Positions 59,386-64,000 of a stretch of 64,000 nt of DNA are shown here, piece by piece; position 1 is the stretch's first letter; each line of letters begins with the position of its first letter. A program made the position numbers and the translations under genes. The notes under the pieces were generated by a model. That model made no database searches and was not told where the DNA came from. It saw only the letters and a list, made by a program, of their open reading frames with translations. This DNA comes from Micavibrio sp. (GTDB taxonomy: Bacteria > Patescibacteriota > Minisyncoccia > Moranbacterales > GCA-2747515), in NCBI GenBank assembly GCA_020718085.1, contig DYDB01000001.1:117902-181901 (forward strand), written 5' to 3'.

Positions 59386-60510
59386 ATGCGCATAGGTATT
59401 GATGCACGGTTCTTTGGTCCGGATAGCAAAGGTTTGGGGCGATACACACAGAAGTTGATCACCCATATGGAGCAGATCGACCAAAAGAACGAATATATCA
59501 TTTTTTTGCGAAAGAGCAATTATGATAGCTACGTGCCACAAAATTCTCATTTCAAAAAAGTAATTGCCGATTACCAATGGTATAGTTTTGGTGAGCAGAT
59601 ATTTTTTCCCTTCATACTCTATAAATATAAATGCGACCTCGTGCATTTTATTCATTTTAATGTGCCACTTTTCTATTTCAAACGATCGATCGTCACAATA
59701 CATGATCTGATTCTTTTGCGTTATCCGACGCGTAAGGCATCAACGCGCAACAGATTATTCTATTGGATCAAATTCTTATGTTATCGCACGGTGATATCTT
59801 CTGCTGTAAAAAAAGCATGGAAGATCATCGCTGTGTCGCAATTTACCAAAATGGAGATCTGCAATCAATACCCGTACGCGCGTGAAAAAACGACTGTTGT
59901 ATATGAATCTGCTGAAATATTTATGCAAAATAAGCCGCAAGATCATGAGGATTTTTTTGCTAAATATGGTATAATGAAACCGTACATGCTCTATGTCGGG
60001 AATGCATATCCACACAAAAATCTTCATAATCTTGTGGATGCATTTGCGTTGTATGTTGCAGATGGTGGGGCTGTACGACAGTTGATCCTGGTTGGACGTG
60101 ACGACTATTTCTATGCGCGGTTAGAAGAATATATTGCGGAAAAAAAGATCGCGAATATTATCATTTTGCATACGATCAGTGATGAGTTGTTGTACATATT
60201 GTACAGACATGCGATCATATTTGTCTTTCCTTCCTTATATGAAGGATTTGGACTCCCACCTCTCGAAGCGCAACTGCTTAAGGTGCCTGTGTTGTCATCG
60301 GAGCATCCATGTATGAAAGAAGTTTTGTCACAGGAGGGTGCATTTTTTACAGATGCATCGGATGTGCGTGCGTTTGCTCGAGCGATGAACTGCGTTATTA
60401 CAGATACGTCCATGCGCAAGGAGCTGATCGTGCGCGGTTACGACAATGCGCGAAGATATTCGTGGCATGCAATGGCACAAGAAATACATAATATATATAT
60501 GCAAAAATAA
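59386..60510 (+). CDS. Glycosyltransferase family 4
   Basis: MRIGIDAR, YPHKN, EGFGLPPLEA. Confidence 0.93.
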   Translation: MRIGIDARFFGPDSKGLGRYTQKLITHMEQIDQKNEYIIFLRKSNYDSYVPQNSHFKKVIADYQWYSFGEQIFFPFILYKYKCDLVHFIHFNVPLFYFKRSIVTIHDLILLRYPTRKASTRNRLFYWIKFLCYRTVISSAVKKAWKIIAVSQFTKMEICNQYPYAREKTTVVYESAEIFMQNKPQDHEDFFAKYGIMKPYMLYVGNAYPHKNLHNLVDAFALYVADGGAVRQLILVGRDDYFYARLEEYIAEKKIANIIILHTISDELLYILYRHAIIFVFPSLYEGFGLPPLEAQLLKVPVLSSEHPCMKEVLSQEGAFFTDASDVRAFARAMNCVITDTSMRKELIVRGYDNARRYSWHAMAQEIHNIYMQK

Positions 60511-60512
60511 AA

Positions 60513-62996
60513 ATGGACGGTGTTTCTCGTAAAAAATATCATACGCACAGTGCATTTGATCGTGGCATGTCTGCCAAAACGATCGCGCATCAGCAAAAGA
60601 TCATACAAAAAGAAACTCCGATCGTGCAATATCATTTGTATCAATTGGGAAAACCCTATGCTACGTGTTTTGACGATTGCATTGGCAGTGATGTGCGCGA
60701 AGGATGCACGATGACATTTGATGCGCGAACCGCACTCATGCAAAAAGAAGGGGATTTTTTTCCGTCAGAAACAATGACACCGGGAGCGGCAACATTTACG
60801 GAGATTACCGAATATCTGGAGGATCATAAAGAAGAATATGTGCAGAAAGAATCGGTCTTTCAACAAGATCATAGATCACAAGATGGTGTGCACTTTCATT
60901 TGCGCGATATTCCAATTTTTGTACATGAAAGCGTCTTGCATCCGCATCATATATCTTTTCGTTATGCATTCGCGATGACGGCGATGTTTATTGCAGTGGG
61001 ATCATTGATCTTTATGGGTACTGCATATGCGGTCAAAGAACGCGTGGATGATGCTTCACTAGATGCTGTGCGATCTTTGAGATCGGCGATGGGCAGTATT
61101 GCACAAAATGATTTTTCATCATCAAGTGAGGAATTGGATAAAGCGTATCAAGATTTTGCATTTGCGTCGTCGGAATTAGGGAGGATCAACATGCTCGCAA
61201 AGTATATTTCCCAGTTCGTGCCTGGTGCATCGCGCTTGGCAAGTGGCAGCCACATTATAGAAGCGGGAAAATATCTAACGCATACCGCAAAGGAACTGCA
61301 TAGTATTATTCCGGAGGTAATTGGCGATGATCATAAGTTAGTGTCCACAGATGGTGTGCATGTATCTTTCTTGGCATTTTATCAAATACTGGCAGATCGC
61401 ATGGATATTGCGCGGTATGATCTTGCAGAAGCGCAAAAACATCTTGATCAGGTATACATTGATGATGTGCCGGATGAATATCGTGATACATTTGTACAAA
61501 TGAAAGAGATTTTACCCGAGATCAATACATCTTTGCGCATCATTACGGAATCGCGCGCAACTGTTGAGGAAATGCTTGGAGCAAAAGGTCCGCGTACATA
61601 TCTCTTTTTGTTCCAAAACAATCATGAAATGCGTGCTACTGGTGGTTTTATCGGTAGCTATGGAATTATAAAGATCAATAATGGACGTATTACACAGATG
61701 ATGATCGATGATGTCTATAATCCGGATGGTCAATTGATCGATCGCATTGTACCACCACTGCCAATCCAGAAGGTTTCAGCGGATTGGAGCATGCATGACA
61801 GTAATTGGTTTGCTGATTTTCCCGTTTCAGCACAAAAGACAATGGATTTTTATGAACGTACGGGAGGTGCAACGGTAGATGGTGTGATTGCGGTAACACC
61901 TGAAATGATGCGAAAATTTCTCACAATTTCCGGCCCAATTGTTGTGGAATCTCACAATGTGACATTGACAAGTGATAATTTTATGCAGGTTTTACAAAGT
62001 GAGATCGAGGATGTAAACAATTATCAAACAGCAGATGCGACTATAAATGATAGTGAATTAATAAAAAAACAAGGTCCGCAAGAAGAGAAAAAGACAGAAA
62101 ATAATATTGCGGAAGGAAAAAAAGAAACGTCAAAGAAGATCTTGGCCGATGTCATGCCTATCATGATCGACAAATTATTTGACCGCAAAAACCCCGAGCA
62201 TCTCTCCGCTGTTGCACAAGCAATTTCTCTCGGCTTGAAAGAAAAGCATATCGTAATGTATATGAAAAAAACGGAGGCGCAGACAATTATCGAAAATAAT
62301 GATTGGGGTGGAACAATCACAGATACGGATAAGGATTATCTCAGTGTGATCAATACCAATATAAATGGATTTAAGACAGACGGTGTGATTACGGAAACGA
62401 TCTCACATACAGCAACTATTGATGCTGATGGTGAGGTCATTGATACCGTGCAGATCAAAAGGAAACATACGGGAGGACAGACCGGATATCCGTGGTGGGA
62501 CGCTGTGAATGCAAATTATATGCGTGTGTATGTGCCAAAAGGATCGGAGTTGATCTCTGTGGAAGGGCATACGCGAGAGCTAAACGTGGAACGATTGGAT
62601 TATGATACACTTGGTTATGAACGAGATAAAGATGTTGTAGAGGAAGAAAAAAATATGCACATTGATGAGGAAACAGGTACGCGTATTTATGAACAATCTG
62701 ATAAAACGGTTTTTGCAAATTGGGTGTATGTTTCGCCACAAGAGAGCGTGACCGTAACCTATACATATCGATTACCGTTTCGTGTAAGTTTTGACGAAGA
62801 TCGTGAAGGAAAATTTGGTTCATATGCAGTTTTGTTTCAGAAACAATCCGGCAGTATAAACTCAACTATAGAGAGTGATATTCACCTTGATGATGATTTT
62901 TCTTCTGTGTGGCATGCACATGATAATAAAGATCTCACAATGCAAGGTGCGCTGACCACAGATCGATATAATGGAACAGTTTTTCGTGTGAAGTGA
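60513..62996 (+). CDS. DUF4012-domain protein
   Basis: TM, YLFLFQNNHEMRATGGF, DSNWFADFP, VDGVIAV. Confidence 0.88.
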   Translation: MDGVSRKKYHTHSAFDRGMSAKTIAHQQKIIQKETPIVQYHLYQLGKPYATCFDDCIGSDVREGCTMTFDARTALMQKEGDFFPSETMTPGAATFTEITEYLEDHKEEYVQKESVFQQDHRSQDGVHFHLRDIPIFVHESVLHPHHISFRYAFAMTAMFIAVGSLIFMGTAYAVKERVDDASLDAVRSLRSAMGSIAQNDFSSSSEELDKAYQDFAFASSELGRINMLAKYISQFVPGASRLASGSHIIEAGKYLTHTAKELHSIIPEVIGDDHKLVSTDGVHVSFLAFYQILADRMDIARYDLAEAQKHLDQVYIDDVPDEYRDTFVQMKEILPEINTSLRIITESRATVEEMLGAKGPRTYLFLFQNNHEMRATGGFIGSYGIIKINNGRITQMMIDDVYNPDGQLIDRIVPPLPIQKVSADWSMHDSNWFADFPVSAQKTMDFYERTGGATVDGVIAVTPEMMRKFLTISGPIVVESHNVTLTSDNFMQVLQSEIEDVNNYQTADATINDSELIKKQGPQEEKKTENNIAEGKKETSKKILADVMPIMIDKLFDRKNPEHLSAVAQAISLGLKEKHIVMYMKKTEAQTIIENNDWGGTITDTDKDYLSVINTNINGFKTDGVITETISHTATIDADGEVIDTVQIKRKHTGGQTGYPWWDAVNANYMRVYVPKGSELISVEGHTRELNVERLDYDTLGYERDKDVVEEEKNMHIDEETGTRIYEQSDKTVFANWVYVSPQESVTVTYTYRLPFRVSFDEDREGKFGSYAVLFQKQSGSINSTIESDIHLDDDFSSVWHAHDNKDLTMQGALTTDRYNGTVFRVK

Positions 62997-63086
62997 TCGC
63001 ATGGTTTTTATGCTTGCAAAACGTCAGAAAAATGCGTATAGTATGATTTGATCCGTGGATAATTATTTTTTTTAAACCATTCTGTT

Positions 63087-64000
63087 GTGATCGCAAATAT
63101 CAAAAAATTTGTTACACAGTCATCCCAAGAATCGATTGCGGTAGCGGCACTTATTGTCGCATTTTTTGGTATTGCCAGTCGCTTACTGGGAGTGGTGCGT
63201 GATCGTGTTTTGGCAGCACAATATGGCGCCGGAGATGCGTTGGACGTATATTATGCTGCGTTTCGTTTGCCAGATCTTACGTTTGAGATCTTGGTTGTCG
63301 GTGCACTTGGAGCTGCATTTATACCAATTTTTAGCAAATTGATCACACAAGAAGATCGTGAGCGAGCATGGGAATGCGCCAACGGGGTCATGCTGGTCAT
63401 TGTGATATCGCTCATCTTTCTTTCAGTGATCGGTATTGTATTTGCACCATTTTTTATTCATATCATCGCACCGGGATTCCCAGCAGAAAAAATGATGGAG
63501 ACGGTGAAGTTGTCTCGCATCATGTTCATCAGTCCGATCTTCCTTTCCGCAAGTGCTGTTTTGGGGGGAGTACTGGTCTCATTTCGTCGTTTCGTGATCT
63601 ATTCGATGGCACCGATCTTTTATAACATTGGCATTATTATTGGTGCGACAGTTTTTACAAAATACATTGGCACAATTGGATTGGCATGGGGCGTTGTCAT
63701 TGGATCAATTTTACATTTCGTCATTCATGTGATCGCAGTAAAAGCGGTTCAATTTCGATTTGTACATAGTAATCCGTATCGCAATGTTGATGTACGCAAA
63801 ACGATCATGCTCATGGCCCCACGAATGTTTTCCAGTGCGTCGAGCCAGCTTTCTCTTCTTCTTGTAACATTTTTTGCTTCTACTCTTGCAGCGGGCAGTG
63901 TAACCGTATTTACATTTGCCAATAATGTACAGGGTGTGGTTTTGGGCCTTATTGGTGTTCCATTTGCGTTAGCCGCTTTTCCTGTGCTGAGTAATAAATT
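63087..64000 (+). CDS. murJ: Lipid II flippase MurJ (partial, runs off the window)
   Basis: GTG start; SRLLGVVRD...YGAG...DVYYAAFRLPD, AFIPIF; absent from the ORF track because it has no stop in the window. Confidence 0.92.
   Translation, partial: MIANIKKFVTQSSQESIAVAALIVAFFGIASRLLGVVRDRVLAAQYGAGDALDVYYAAFRLPDLTFEILVVGALGAAFIPIFSKLITQEDRERAWECANGVMLVIVISLIFLSVIGIVFAPFFIHIIAPGFPAEKMMETVKLSRIMFISPIFLSASAVLGGVLVSFRRFVIYSMAPIFYNIGIIIGATVFTKYIGTIGLAWGVVIGSILHFVIHVIAVKAVQFRFVHSNPYRNVDVRKTIMLMAPRMFSSASSQLSLLLVTFFASTLAAGSVTVFTFANNVQGVVLGLIGVPFALAAFPVLSNK

Noticed and set aside
1-64000. Alternative genetic code (UGA=Gly, as in Gracilibacteria)
   Set aside because: Conserved genes are full length in the standard code and several end at TGA (smc, dprA, pth).

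Overview
64-kb window of an AT-rich bacterial chromosome read in the standard code. Gene content and architecture point to a Patescibacteria/CPR (Parcubacteria-like) organism (inference): dprA-topA, a short SMC, DUF2339/DUF4012/DUF2207, GH57+glgA, core genes without Shine-Dalgarno (SD) motifs, and a compact RNase P RNA. Core genes include topA, dprA, pth, LCP, smc, rfbB, rfbD, rpsL-rpsG-(insert)-fusA, cspA, a divIC-prsA-htrA-clpB cluster, rplU, glgA, recR, dnaB, rnpB, a glycosyltransferase cluster and partial murJ. The most unusual region is 43.2-49.3 kb, an array of seven co-oriented, self-contained cassettes. Each has a near-consensus sigma70 promoter, a strong SD (which core genes lack), an orphan ORF and a related terminator, and every one of the six junctions carries a REP-like palindrome. 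Other notable signals are a structured leader with an exposed anti-SD loop (3.6 kb), a promoter- and terminator-bounded candidate sRNA (40.1 kb), a diverged duplicate of the rfbB 3' end bounding a GATC-poor islet, a MITE-like hairpin in the str operon, a 20-bp palindrome nested inside REPs, a hinge-less SMC, and an RmlD with a CCGSGCxxC insertion. No CRISPR array, intact tRNA, rRNA, integrase or transposase was recognised. All calls come from reading motifs by eye, without database searches.
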